Part shown: piece by piece, positions 1 through 12,339 of the stretch
Layout: each line of letters begins with the position of its first letter
Numbering within the stretch: the stretch's first letter is position 1
Assembly (NCBI GenBank): GCA_047967505.1
Contig: CM106538.1
Reading direction: 5' to 3' (one strand)
Source: Dipteris shenzhenensis
Lineage: Eukaryota
DNA: 64,000 nt
Notes under the pieces: model-generated
The model's database searches: none
The model's input: only the letters and a program-made list of their open reading frames with translations
What the model was told of the DNA's origin: nothing
Made by a program: the position numbers and the translations under genes

Positions 1-1050
1 GAAGGTTAATTTCATTAGAAGAAGTAAGAATTCAAAAGAAATTGAGAAGGAAAACATAGAAAAAGATCTGGAGGTGCAATGGGGGGAAGGGATAGTGAAA
101 AAAATTAAAGCATAGATAATGAAAAAAGGTTTTGTGAAAATAAAAAGGGGGTAGAAGGTAATGATAATGAAAAAATAAAAAAAGCCATAACAGATGCATA
201 GAAATAAAGGAAAGGTAATAGAGGCAAAATTATAGAAGAAAGGCATATATAAAGGTTATAGTTAAATAAGATATAAAAGTATAGGGAAGAAATAATGATT
301 ATCGTTAGAGATATAATAGTGTGAAGATTTTAAAAAATAAATAAATAAACAATTTTAGTGCAAAGAAAAAGAGCATGAAAATAAAAGTAAAAATAACATA
401 GGAGAAAGCAAAAAACCTTTGAAATTGTGCATTAGTAATGGACTGCATAGAGAGCATGTGTTTTCAGTGTAAAAGATAGCATAGGTAGAGAGAAGCTGGC
501 ATGGGCGATAGTCAAGGCAAAGTAGGCAATGTGGCTGACAATCAAGAAGTTATGGAGTAATAGGACGCCAGAGGGGCTTGTGGAGGGGATGAGAGTTTGC
601 TATCAGAGTCTAGAGATATCCACATGGGTTGCAAGGCACATCATAATTTCAAAAGCTGGAGAAGCAGATATGGACAGAGTATCAAACATTGGCAGGTAGA
701 GTAGCCAGTAGTAGGGTGGGGCATGTGTGTAACAGCCAATAGCGAGGGGCAACAGTGAAATTGCAGACTGTAGTGGGCAAAGGCAGAAGACCCTGCCAGC
801 CACAACAGTGCGTAGTGAGTACTAAGAGCACGTCTAGAAGGTAGCGAGATAGATCATAGTAGCAGGGGTGTAGGAGTATAGTGACATGTGTAGGAGCAGG
901 TGGGAGAAGAGATGTGGAAGGAGGCTTTTGAAAAAGGTTACGTAAGATAGTCGGATTGTTGGGCTTTAGTCGAGAGCCCAATCGTGTAATTTGTAGAGGA
1001 GGTAGTCATAGAGGCGGGGTAAGTTAGGCAGTCACAATAGTTAGGAGGTG

Positions 1051-1768
1051 CTTTGATAAGTCATGGCAGGCATCACTTTTATTAAAGAGGGGAGTCTACA
1101 TACCTACCACCATCGAACAAGAAAAATGATAAGAACCATATTTTAACTTGGTTGGGAAGACAGGTGTCATAGACACCCCTCCCTTGTTATTGGGATCACA
1201 ATAAAAATAGTTGCTCACACAACAGACTTAAAAAGCTAAATTTTCAAATCATGCTTTAAAGGAGGGAGGAGGAAGATTTAAAAGTTGGAGCACTTTTTAT
1301 TAAAAGATTAGGGTATTTTAAACAATGAAGGCTAACATGAGAAATGATAGGAGTAATAAATTGAATTTAAGACTAGGGGCAATAAACGTGAAAGTGGAAA
1401 TGAGTCTAAAACCTTAGAGCATTTAAGAAAGGAAGGAAAAATTAAAGGTTTGCAAAAGGTAATCTAAGAAATTCTAAATAATGAGGAAGATAAGGGAAAC
1501 AAGTCATAAGACAACACTTAAACAACCAAACTTGGGAGGGGAGGGGGAGGGCGGGGGGGTTAGGAAAATTAGGAAAAATATATAGGAAAACTTTAAAGGG
1601 ATATTTAAGCAAAATTAGGGGGGAATAAAGGAGAGAACTAGGGGAAAATTAGAGAGGGGATGGGGGGAAGGAAGGAAAAGAAGGAAAGGGGGGGGGAAAT
1701 TAAACATGGAAATAAATAGGGGGAAGGGATAAAAAGTAAAGTGAATGTAAAGTGGGAAAAGGGATAGT

Positions 1769-1814
<46 letters not shown>

Positions 1815-3201
1815 CCAACTTAACCCCAGTAGGATACAACACACTAGGTGAGACAGTAGGTCATCACCTAGTGTGATGACCTACTATCTACCCGAAGAGG
1901 AATAGAAGTGTTGTTTAAGAAGTGGAAGGGATGTATTAGAGTATGGTGAGTTTGAAATTCGACAAGCGAAGGCAATTGTTTAAGAAGAGGTCTATGGTAG
2001 GTAGAAAGTTAAGTAATACCAGTGGGGCAGACCTAGGAATTAATTGGGATAGGAGATTTCTTTTAGGGGCTACTATGGGAATTATTAGGGCTAGAAGAGT
2101 AAGATCGAAAAGGTAAGTGGGAAAGAGAGAATTGCTCAACGAGCAAAGAAGTGAGTCAAGAGGCTAGAAGGCCTTAATGAATTAAATGTACTATGTGCAA
2201 CCATCCAAAGTTGCAGGGGAAACATTATGTGTGTGTTTTAGACTCACAAGACCCCTTTCCATAATGAAATGAAAACAATGTAGCTCAAAAGAGAGAGTAA
2301 TTGTCATTAATGAAATGTATTGAACGCTAAAGTTTTATCAAAAGGTCAATGAGAGGTGGGCATAAAAATTTATAGAATGTACAATTGTTCAAAAGGTTGC
2401 GCTTTGATAAGTCGTGGCAAGCATCACTTTGATTGAAGAGGGGAGTCAGCATACTTGCCACCATCCAACAAGAAAAATGATAAGAACCATATTTTAACTT
2501 GGTTGGGAAGACAGGTGTCATAGACACCCCTCCCTTGTTATCGAGATCACAAAAAAATAGTTGCTCACACAACAGACTTAAAAAGCTAAATTTTGAAATT
2601 ACGCTTTAAGGGAGGGAGAAGAAGGTAAAAGGTAGGAGGAAGATTTAAAAGTTGGAGCACTTTTTATTAAAAGATTAGGGTATTTTAAACAAGACCATCC
2701 AACAAGAAAAATGATAAGAACCATATTTTAACTTGGTTGGGAAGACAGGTGTCATAGACACCCCTCCCTTGTTATCGAGATCACAAAAAAATAGTTGCTC
2801 ACACAACAGACTTAAAAAGCTAAATTTTGAAATTACGCTTTAAGGGAGGGAGAAGAAGGTAAAAGGTAGGAGGAAGATTTAAAAGTTGGAGCACTTTTTA
2901 TTAAAAGATTAGGGTATTTTAAACAGTGAAGGTTAACACGAGAAATAATAGGAGTAAAATTTTGAACTTAATACTAGGGGCAATAAATGTGAAAGTGGAA
3001 ATGAATCTAAAACCTTAGAGCATTTAAGAAAGGAAGGAAAAATTAAAGGTTTGAAAAAGGTAATCTAAGAAATTCTAAATAATAAGGAAGATAAGGGAAA
3101 CAAAGACAACACTTAGACAACCAAACTTGGGAGGGGAGGGGGAGGGCAGGGGGGGGGTGGTTAGGAAAATTAGAAAAAATATATAGGAAAAATTTAAAGG
3201 G
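1051..3201. repeat. Direct repeat pair (about 550 bp; 1051-1600 and 2402-3201, second copy with a 235-bp internal tandem duplication) in a strongly purine-skewed unclassified element
   Basis: ctttgataagtc(a/g)tggca...tttaaaggga occurs twice; 2460-2690 is repeated at 2695-2925. Confidence 0.85.
1771..1812. repeat. (GT)21 microsatellite
   Basis: direct reading. Confidence 0.95.
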
Positions 3202-3419
3202 AAATCTTTTTGAACCATTTTTTGAGATACACATTCCCATAAGTCTTTTAGAATCCACTTGTTGATGTTTTTCTTTCTCTCCCCCACACTGCTCTTTCTC
3301 ATCTGCATCATAATCTTACAAATTGAGCCTCCAATTCATAGAACACTGCATTTTGATATGCAAGGGGAAGGGAAAGCCATCAGCTAGATTCTTTCATTTA
3401 TTTTACTGGTAGTACAATA

Positions 3420-6400
3420 AGCAAATGTTATAGTGCATCCATCGACACCTCTACATATGCTAGTTTCAATGCAACTTATCAAGAAGTAAGACAAAAGAGT
3501 ATTCCACCACAATCTGCTTGTAGGGTCTTGTGTGTTATTAGCTCTACTGCAAAGTGGCTACTTGCTCTTACTCGAGGTGCCTCGCTAAGCACTACTTGTC
3601 TTCCATGACTTAATACTAAATGTCAAAGCACACCATCTCCAACTTGGTCATACAATTAGCAATAATGCTATATTGCCAGTTCTTTAGTACTATTTTTTAT
3701 TCGATGCTCATAGGGCATTCTCCAAGGAAATTCATTATGAATATATATTGAATAAATTCCTCATATTTTGGTTTCTTGATGTCAATTATGAATAGATGGG
3801 ATCTAGAAGCTCAATTTCTACCCCTTTACCATTTGGTGGTGCCAAAAGGCAAGAAAGGAAACCTATTCCCATATGCTTTCCTAGGTTTATGAATGACTTG
3901 GAAATTTAATTCCTATGATAAAAGTATCGCCAATCTCTGCTTCTGTTGTGGAGTTAACCCTCGAGGAAACATGCCTTATTCCACATATTGCTAAACATCT
4001 TGCAGTTTTGGCCATCCAGTGTCTACCAAAGAAACCACCCCTCGGTCTTGTACTACAATGGCTTGAGTAGCTAACTCATCTGCCCTTTGATTTTTTTTTC
4101 TATTTATATGAACAAACTTGCAAAAATCAAACTGACTACATAGTGCCATAGCCCTCTGATTAAGCTCCTTCAAATGAGGACTTCTTGTCTTATAATGCCC
4201 TTGCATTTGCTTTATAATAAGCTGAGAATCTCCTCTTACTTCCAATTCTTTAACTTGACTTTGAAGACAACCCTCCAAACCAAGAATCAAAGCATTATAC
4301 TCAGCTACATTATTAGTTGTGATACTTGGAAGCTCTTATCCTCCTGCCCATACTTCTTGACCTTTAGAATTCATCAAGACCATCACCCCAGCTCCTTTTT
4401 GGCGTGAAGGACTAAAAGCCCCATCAAAATAAAAAACAAAAGTTATTGGTGGTGTCTCCCTTTCATCTTTAATGGTCTCCTTACATTTCTTTTCTTCTCC
4501 TAGATCCTCCCATCTTGTGAGCAAATCTGCCATAGTGGACCTAGTGGTATTTTCAGTGATGACAAAAGAGAAAGAGAACTCTTGAAGCTCTAACAACCAT
4601 TTTGCAAATCTCCCCCCATGATTAGGCTTGCAAACTAAATATATTAATACATACTGAGAGGTAAGGAAGAAACCTCGTTGGAGGCAACAAACAGAAGCGA
4701 AACTTTCTGACTGAAAACACCAAAGAGAGAACTTGCTGCTCCATTTCTTCATACCCTGTTTCCACCTCGGTAAGCTATCAGCTGGCATAATAGATGGGTT
4801 GCATTTTACCTACCTCTCCTTTTTGTAGCAATACAGACCAATTGAATGCAAAGATACACTTGGATTTACATAAAAGTCTTGAGACCAATCAGGGGGCTTC
4901 AATATTAGGCCCTTACTCATGGCCTCCTTAAGTTACTAAAAAGACTCCTGCTCCACACCCCATTGGAAAGAAACTCCTTTTCTTGTCAACAAGTTCATGG
5001 GATGCACTATCTTTGTGAAATCATCACAAAAGCATTGATAATACTTGCTCTTTCCTAGAATTTTGTAAACACCCGTCACATTGTCAGGATTTGGCAATGC
5101 CATGATTACTTGAACCTTGTCAGAATCCATTTGCAAGCCTTCTTCAAACACAATATGCCCCAACAAGACTACTTTTATTTGAGCCAAATGACACTTGCTA
5201 GGATTTAGACACCCTTTTGCTTCATGAATCCTAGCTAAGGCCATCTTTAATTTCTCCATGTGATTTATGCACTGAGAATAAACACAAAAATCATCCAAAA
5301 ACACCCTTATGAACTTTCCCAAGTAAGGCTCAAGGACTTGACTCATGAACCTTTGAAATGTAGCTGGTGCATTGGTTAAACCAAAAGGCATCACTTTATA
5401 AGCAAAAGCTCACCAAGGTGTGACAAATGATGTCTTCTTTTGATCTTCCTCCCGAATGCGAATTTGAAAGTACCCAAAATACCCATCACATACATAATAC
5501 ATCTCATGCCCTGCTACTTGGTCTAGTATTTCATCTTGGAATGGCAAAGGAAATGATCCCTCTTAGTGCATGCATTCAAAGGATGAAAGTCCGCACAAAC
5601 CCGCCACTTATTTCCTTTCGTTGGTGTGACAACTATAGGAGATATCCATTCTGAATCATCAACAGGAAAGATGGATCCTGCCTCAAGTAGTTGTGTTACC
5701 TCTTTCTTTAGTACCTCAGCTTGGATCACCCCCAATCGCCTTAAGCGTTGCACAACTAGCTTGCTTTCTGGCTTCAACTCAATCTTGTGCTCCACAAGAG
5801 AGATTGGTCAAACCTGTGAATAGCTTATTGCAAAGACATATGGGAAATCATCTAACATATCCAAGTACTAGAGCTTCTCACTACCTGATGGAGAATCACC
5901 AAGAAGCTCTTCATTATGTTGGTGTCGTTTAGTGTGCTCCACATCCTCCACATGAAGTGTCTCTACAGGATCTTCTTGTACCACCACCTGCTCCCTCCCG
6001 ACTCACCCCGATCAGCACCAAGACAAAGACCAAAGGCCACTCCTTCGAACTCACCCTCTGAGCTGGTCTCCTCAGAGCTACACCCTATCTCTTCTTCTTC
6101 ATCGGTTAAGTCAGAGCTCTCAAACTCTCTAATGTTGAAGACTCTTCCTTGACAACTTCCTTTTTGCGGCTTCTAATGTTGTAGCACACCTTCTTATCAT
6201 TTCCCTCTGTAAAATCAATGTATCCCACTTTTGAACAACCTTCACCTTGCATAGCCAAGGCCTTCCCAAAATCAATGGCTTGGTAGGGATCACTTGGAAA
6301 GTAGTCGGCACGTGCATCTGGCTTGGTAGGCACGTGCATCTGGCTTGGTAGGGATCACTTGGAAAGTAGTCGGCACAGAAATTCCACATACATCCATTCT

Positions 6401-8100
6401 AGATTCTTCACAAGTCCCAAGGTCTTTACCCTAGTGTTGTCAACCAATTTGATGCGATAAGGAGAGGTAGTACTAGAGTATTTTAAATCAGCATCTATCA
6501 TGGTCTTCTCACTCATGAAATTAATCGATGCACCTCCATCAATGTAAACATTAGAAATCACTTGACCATCAATGATCACATCAACCACATGTACATCATC
6601 ACCAACATCTATATCTACCTTTTGAATAACAGGAATGGCACTTTTCTTCTTTTTCTTCTTTGATACTCTTGTGCTTGCTAACTTTCCCCATTCTTTCCAT
6701 AGTTTTGGAGACAAAGCAAGTAATTGACCAAAGGTGATATGAACTTCCTTTTCTTTAAGGTCGGACAATAAGTCATAGCTTCCAATGCCTTGTCCTAAAG
6801 GAAAGTATGACTGGCTAATTCTCCTTCTAGATGCCTTCTTTTTCTTACTATGACTTTCCTCTTCTTGATGTTCCTCATCTACTTCTTCCTTGCTTTCTTC
6901 TTCTTCTTTTGCTTTACCATGCCCTCGTTTAGCTAGCATTACCTCTCTTTCCTCATCCCCTAAAGAAGCTTCTAACAAGGATACTTGTTTTTCTTCTTTC
7001 TTTCTCAATCTAGTACACTCAGGGCGATAGTGACCTTTTTCATTACATTCATAGCAAGTGACCCCACTCTTATCTCGAGGCCTCTATCCTCACTCTTTGG
7101 TGCTCTAGGTTGTCATGCATTAACCAAATACAATTTCAAATGAGCAAACTCTACCATTAATTGGGAGATTATGATCCAACTTAGAGAACTTTGGTACCTC
7201 AGGAGTGCCCATTACCTCCACCATAGAAGTTGAAGTTGTTATGTGCACTTCCAATTGTGAGAAGGGTGATTCTTGAATGCATGTATACACAATGTTTTCG
7301 CAATATTGATTGGTCACTTATTTTTGAAGATTTGGTTGAGGATCACATTGTGGAGGGTTTTCAACAAGTGGTTATGCATAATAAGTTGGTCTTGGTATCC
7401 TAAGGCTTTGTGGGAGCCTGTTTGGATCTTACTTGGAATATTGTTTGGATCTTGGTGTTTCCTTTTTGTGTTTCATCATGGTGAAGATTCCAGTGCTTCA
7501 GAGGACCCAAGGGGAAGACCTGGAGTCTTATCTTTGGGATTTTGTTTGAGGATGCCGACTTTCTAATGGTCCATGAAGGATCGGGTGGAGATTTTGCCTG
7601 ATTTTCTTGAAGGTGTGCCTTGAGTTGGTATGAGGCCTTCCCAGACTCTACCAAGGAGGATTGGGACCAATTTGTGGTTGCAATTTTGTGGTTGCAATGA
7701 AGCAGAGATATGGGGCAGTAGAGTTGCCAAATGCTTTGATGTTACAGTTGGACCGATTCTATCAAGGAGAGGGTCTCTGCGTTGGCAATTTGATACGAAA
7801 CTTTAAAAGATGTGACATGAAGTTGGGGGTAATAAAACTTCATGCACTTCTTCACTTCCTACTACTTCCAATCCTAGTGATGAGACAAAGATCTTTAGAC
7901 AGACAAAGGAACATTAAAAATAAGCTTTTATGCCAAGATACCACACCATACTTTCCGCCCTTAGATGAGAATGAAGATGGTAACATCCTAAGTGATGTTG
8001 TACTCAAGCATAGGGAGAAGGAAAGGATCAACGGAGGCCATAATCTCAATAAGCATGTTTGCGCCAAAGAGAAGAGCAATATGTTGTTGAAAGAAGATCT
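3420..8100 (-). mobile_element. Decayed Ty3/Gypsy LTR retrotransposon internal region with an additional RNase H (Tat-like; gag-PR-RT-RH-aRH-INT)
   Basis: Zn knuckle CYECNEKGHYRPEC ~7020-7060; protease YIDGGASINF (6355..7008); RT HKIELKP, WISPIVV, MPFGLTNAPATFQR, FLDDF (4936..5795); RH RFAKWLLELQEF; second RNase H FYFDGA...VRGDSQLII...NQRADELA (3991..4440); integrase HHCC remnant ~3420-3660; many stops and frameshifts. Confidence 0.9.
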
Positions 8101-8849
8101 TGCAGCTCAACATGACATGAACTAATATATATCAAGGAGTTTGAAGGGGTTGATTGGGTCGGATGGGTAGGTTATGGGAAAACATTGCACCTCCTTCATA
8201 GATACCTTTACAATTAGCTCAAAACACTCTGCAAACTATCATCAAACACAGAGGCCCATAACTTCCAGAAAAGGCATGATATAAAAGATTCAAACACATA
8301 TAGAGATGTGCCTTGAAATGGGCTTCACTTTGATATAAGTTGTGTAAGAAACAGAGAAGCAGTCAGAAAGATATGGGCAGTTTACTGGACAGGGGCAAAA
8401 ACTGTCATAAACACAAACTATCTATCACAGCGACTCATGTAGCTTTTTGGGATTGTAGCAAACATTATATATAATCACACAATGCAATGCGTCTTAAAGA
8501 GAGCTTCGTGCTGATATAACTTTCGTCAAAATAGAACCACCGAGCAAAAAGTTATGAGAAAAACATTGACAGGGGGTCAAACAGTCATGAAAAACACCCT
8601 CTTTTCCATATGTCCACATCCTCCTTATTCCACATAGGAATTCTAGAAGGATTCCTCTTGACTCCTCACTCCTCCATACTCCTCCACGTGCCTTCCACAT
8701 GCTTGTCATGTGATCTCTCTTATATTATTGGAACGCATGGACATGAGACCCACCTCTTTATATGACTCACTCTTCCTATTTTCTAAAAACCCCATAATAT
8801 CCCATACACACACTGATCCACCTATATGCACCTGAAGTCTTGAAGGGTG

Positions 8850-11100
8850 CTTGCAACAATGGAGCCTGAACTAGAAGATAGTGCCTCCAATAACATCTTG
8901 TCTGGCCAATTACCTAGCTTTGCATCCATCCTATCAAGGAAGCTAGCACTAAGCTCACATTCTAAACACAGACCACCCCAAGTTGATATTTCTAGCTCAG
9001 AAGACTCCATGAGCTTTAACAAAGAGATTAGTGAAAACCCAAATCTTGGAGCCTCTATGGCTCCAAATTCTAGCTTGATTTGACCTCATTCCCCCACTCC
9101 TTCTACCATAGCATCTCAAATCCGAGAGCCTTTTCCAATATGATGGGGAGGTTTGGGCTGTCAAACCCAACGGATATGGAGAATCCATTTGCTAGGCACA
9201 ATAGAGTGCTAGTGGGGCTATGGGGCCCACCCCAACCGACTATGAGGGATACATGCAGAGTACATTAACTCCCACTATATCGACAAGTACTACAACATCA
9301 CATGTACACTTCTATAAGGGAGGACCCTCATTCAATGATACATTTGAGCCTGGATACCAGGGGACTATCAACCACGACCCAATCCTGACTATTGACCACA
9401 AGACCCAATCCCGATCCACTTTATATCCAACTTGGGGAAGCAGCCTAGAAAGTGCTCCCTATCTAACAACTGTTCCATATAGACCTATGCCCAATGTCAA
9501 TAACCACTGATGTAGCCTAAAGACCTAGCCAGCCATGTATATAAGTCCCAATACCTAGTGGGTCACGGTCTACTGATTCTACTGTTGTTTCCCAACAATT
9601 GTTTCTAACCCACTACCAGGACAACCCGCTTATGGGGTAGTGCCCCTTCTACCAATAAATCCTCCTATACCATAAACGATGCTTACTGATGAAGCTAAGA
9701 GGATTCTAATGCAAGCACAAGGAAGGAGGGCCATGCCACCAACTTTTACCAAAAGGGATACTAACCCTTCAAGGAGTAAGTTGGTCATGATCTCCAAGGT
9801 TATCATGAAATTCTTAGGTGAAGGAGACCCAGTGTCCCATGTTGAGAGGGTTGAGCAAATCTATGAAAATTTTGGGGACATTGGAGACCTACATAAAGTG
9901 AGACTGAGCTTGGATGGCAAGGCAGGCCAGTAGTATAGGGCTTTGAATCCTAAAGATAAATCAAATTGGGATACATTACAAATTTATAGTGGCGTTTGAT
10001 CCCACTGGACCCAAATCGAGCCCTATTAATCAACTATATGAGGTCAAGCAAAAGGAGACCAAGTCCCATCATGACTATATCACTAGAATCAAGCACTTGA
10101 ACTCATGATGTAAGCTCGTGAAACAAGAGGTTGAGAGATGCACAACTATTGCCACACTTTCTCATGTGGCTATGGGACTCTAAGCTTCATGTTCATCTTT
10201 TTGCAATGAATCCAATGTCAATTGAGGTATGCAGCAAGACTATTGTATGCTTGGGTGACAATATGAAGGAGAAGGCTCAAGGAGAGAAGACCCAATCTCC
10301 ATCATTAGAGGTATCTCAAACCTAAAGGCCACCATTTGGGTGAGGCTTAAGAGACAACCCCACCCACTAAGGGAATGAATATGGAAGAATTGGCTATCAA
10401 CCTACAGAATCGGTTGAGCCAACGATTGAGGAAGGAACAATCAAGGAAATCCTCACCTATTCCCAAGGCGTGATAACATGTGGTCTGAAATTTGCATTGG
10501 GAATCATCCCACCGATGAGTGCCCTTGCCTCAGAGCAAGGCATGCAGTCTATTGTGCTCATTGTGCACAATGGGTAAATCATGATGCCTCATAGTATTAT
10601 TAACCTAAGGTCATGCCCTAGACAATGTATCAACAAATGCCAACGCTTACATTGCTCGCACCACCAAATCCATCCAATCCGGTCCAATTAGCTATATAAG
10701 GAGCCACTCCTACCAACTAAGGGAAATTCATGGCTCAAAACCTCCCATTAGCTCCACCCATATTGGGACCTGAACCACCTCCACCCCAAATCACTCCAAG
10801 GAACCAGGTGTTAGTGGAGGAAGTACCTAGTGATCAGGAAGAACTGGATCACACCCTTACTAGGGGTGACTATTCTCAATATGAGAACCCTGTGAACCAG
10901 TGCAGCTATATAATCCATTATGTTATGTAGGACGATCAATACATACTAGCGTAGCAAATGGAGCCTATCTCACACTAGGCTATGGATATGAATACCTTGA
11001 CCAGAAAACCCCCGATTCAATGTTATGCGTGTCAAGGTTCCCATAGGGCTAGTGAGTGTCCATACAAAGCAGTTACCAAACAACCAGCAAGTTTCATGCT
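8850..11100 (+). mobile_element. Decayed Gypsy-type gag remnant, head-to-head with the preceding element
   Basis: Retrotrans_gag-like KFLGEGDPVSHVERVEQI...LSLDGKAGQ*Y (9679..9933), Pro-rich segments, Zn-knuckle relics (e.g. CYACQGSHRASEC ~11020-11060). Confidence 0.65.
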
Positions 11101-11347
11101 ACCAGTGCCAAAGACCTCATTTCTTAAAGGAATGCCCACATAATGATGATTAAACCATTGTGACACCAAAAATTGATATATTTTATTTGGCATTGGTATT
11201 GTTTTTCTCTATGTTTAATAAGAGTTTGAGTATCAAGTGATAGCCTAGAGGCTCTCACTTATTTCTATTTTCTAAGATATTTTATGGGATTGAGAGGATG
11301 AGTGGAATGGATCATTGTAAATACCATGTATATGAATCACTTGGGGC

Positions 11348-12044
11348 AAGGACTGCCACTTCAGGTTAGCTACTGCTGTCAATTGGCAATCAACAGGCTA
11401 ATTCAACATGTGTAGGATTAGCTTTAATTCAGCATGCGCTAGATAAGTCTTATCCTTAGAGGCACTAAAATAACTCTAATTTAGTGTGCGTTAGATTAGG
11501 CTTATCTCTAGAGGTAGTGAATTAGCAATTCAGCATTGCATTGAACTAGTAATTCAGCATGGCGCTCAGTTAACAATTCACCATGACGTTGAATTAGGCT
11601 TAACTCAACAAAATGTATACTTGGCAATTTTAGGGGTTTTTTATAGTTACAAGTTCTTATGTTCTATTATGTAATTACCTTGATGTTGGGAGTTCTCAAA
11701 AACTCCCAATTTCATAATATTATTTTAATTAAACCGATAAAATTCTCACCTCCTTTTGGCATTTGTTGAGTTCGAGTCCAATATTTCATGGGTGGATGTC
11801 AATAGTGAATTACTAACTAACCATTGATGGTCAAAAGTGTGCAATTTAGTTCCAGTTCAAGCCCAGACTTGTGAATTTTGTATGCACTAGATTATCATGA
11901 ATTCAACGTGCACCGACTTAATTCAGCGTGCGTTAAATTGTCAATTCAATATGCACATATTTATTAATTTTGCGTGCACTAAATTAGTGGTTGACTTTTT
12001 TTCATTGTGAACTAGCACATTCAATGTGTCAGCTGGCAGTCCTT
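11348..12044. mobile_element. Candidate MITE/non-autonomous DNA transposon
   Basis: 11-bp inverted termini AAGGACTGCCA (11348-11358) / TGGCAGTCCTT (12034-12044); many internal AATTCAG/AATTCAA motifs; TSD not clean. Confidence 0.4.
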
Positions 12045-12339
12045 ATCAGGTTGTCAAGGTGTTAGGTTTATTTAGTGTTCCTAAGCTAATTAAACATGCC
12101 CTGAATTAGTAGTTCAATGTGCGCTAAATTAGGCTCAATTCAGTAGGGTGTTCCTGCATAGTGTTATTGATGGATTTTCTGAGCTTCTATGTGGTTTGAT
12201 AATTTCTGTGTAGGGTTTACTATCCTAGGGGGTCCTACACTACCTATCCTACCTATTGCAAACAAGAAAGAACAAAAAACAAGCAAAATACGGTGTCCCA
12301 TAATCTCTATCGCATTCATTGGCTTGCAGTTGTGGTTGA

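Noticed and set aside
1615-1844. ORFs with HTHTHT repeats
   Set aside because: Translation of the (GT)21 microsatellite and low-complexity flanks.
1840-2600. Penelope-like element (hammerhead ribozyme or GIY-YIG)
   Set aside because: No CTGANGA/GAAA core in the hairpin; GSYHFSC..DLSKR only faintly resembles GIY-YIG and no Penelope RT is visible.
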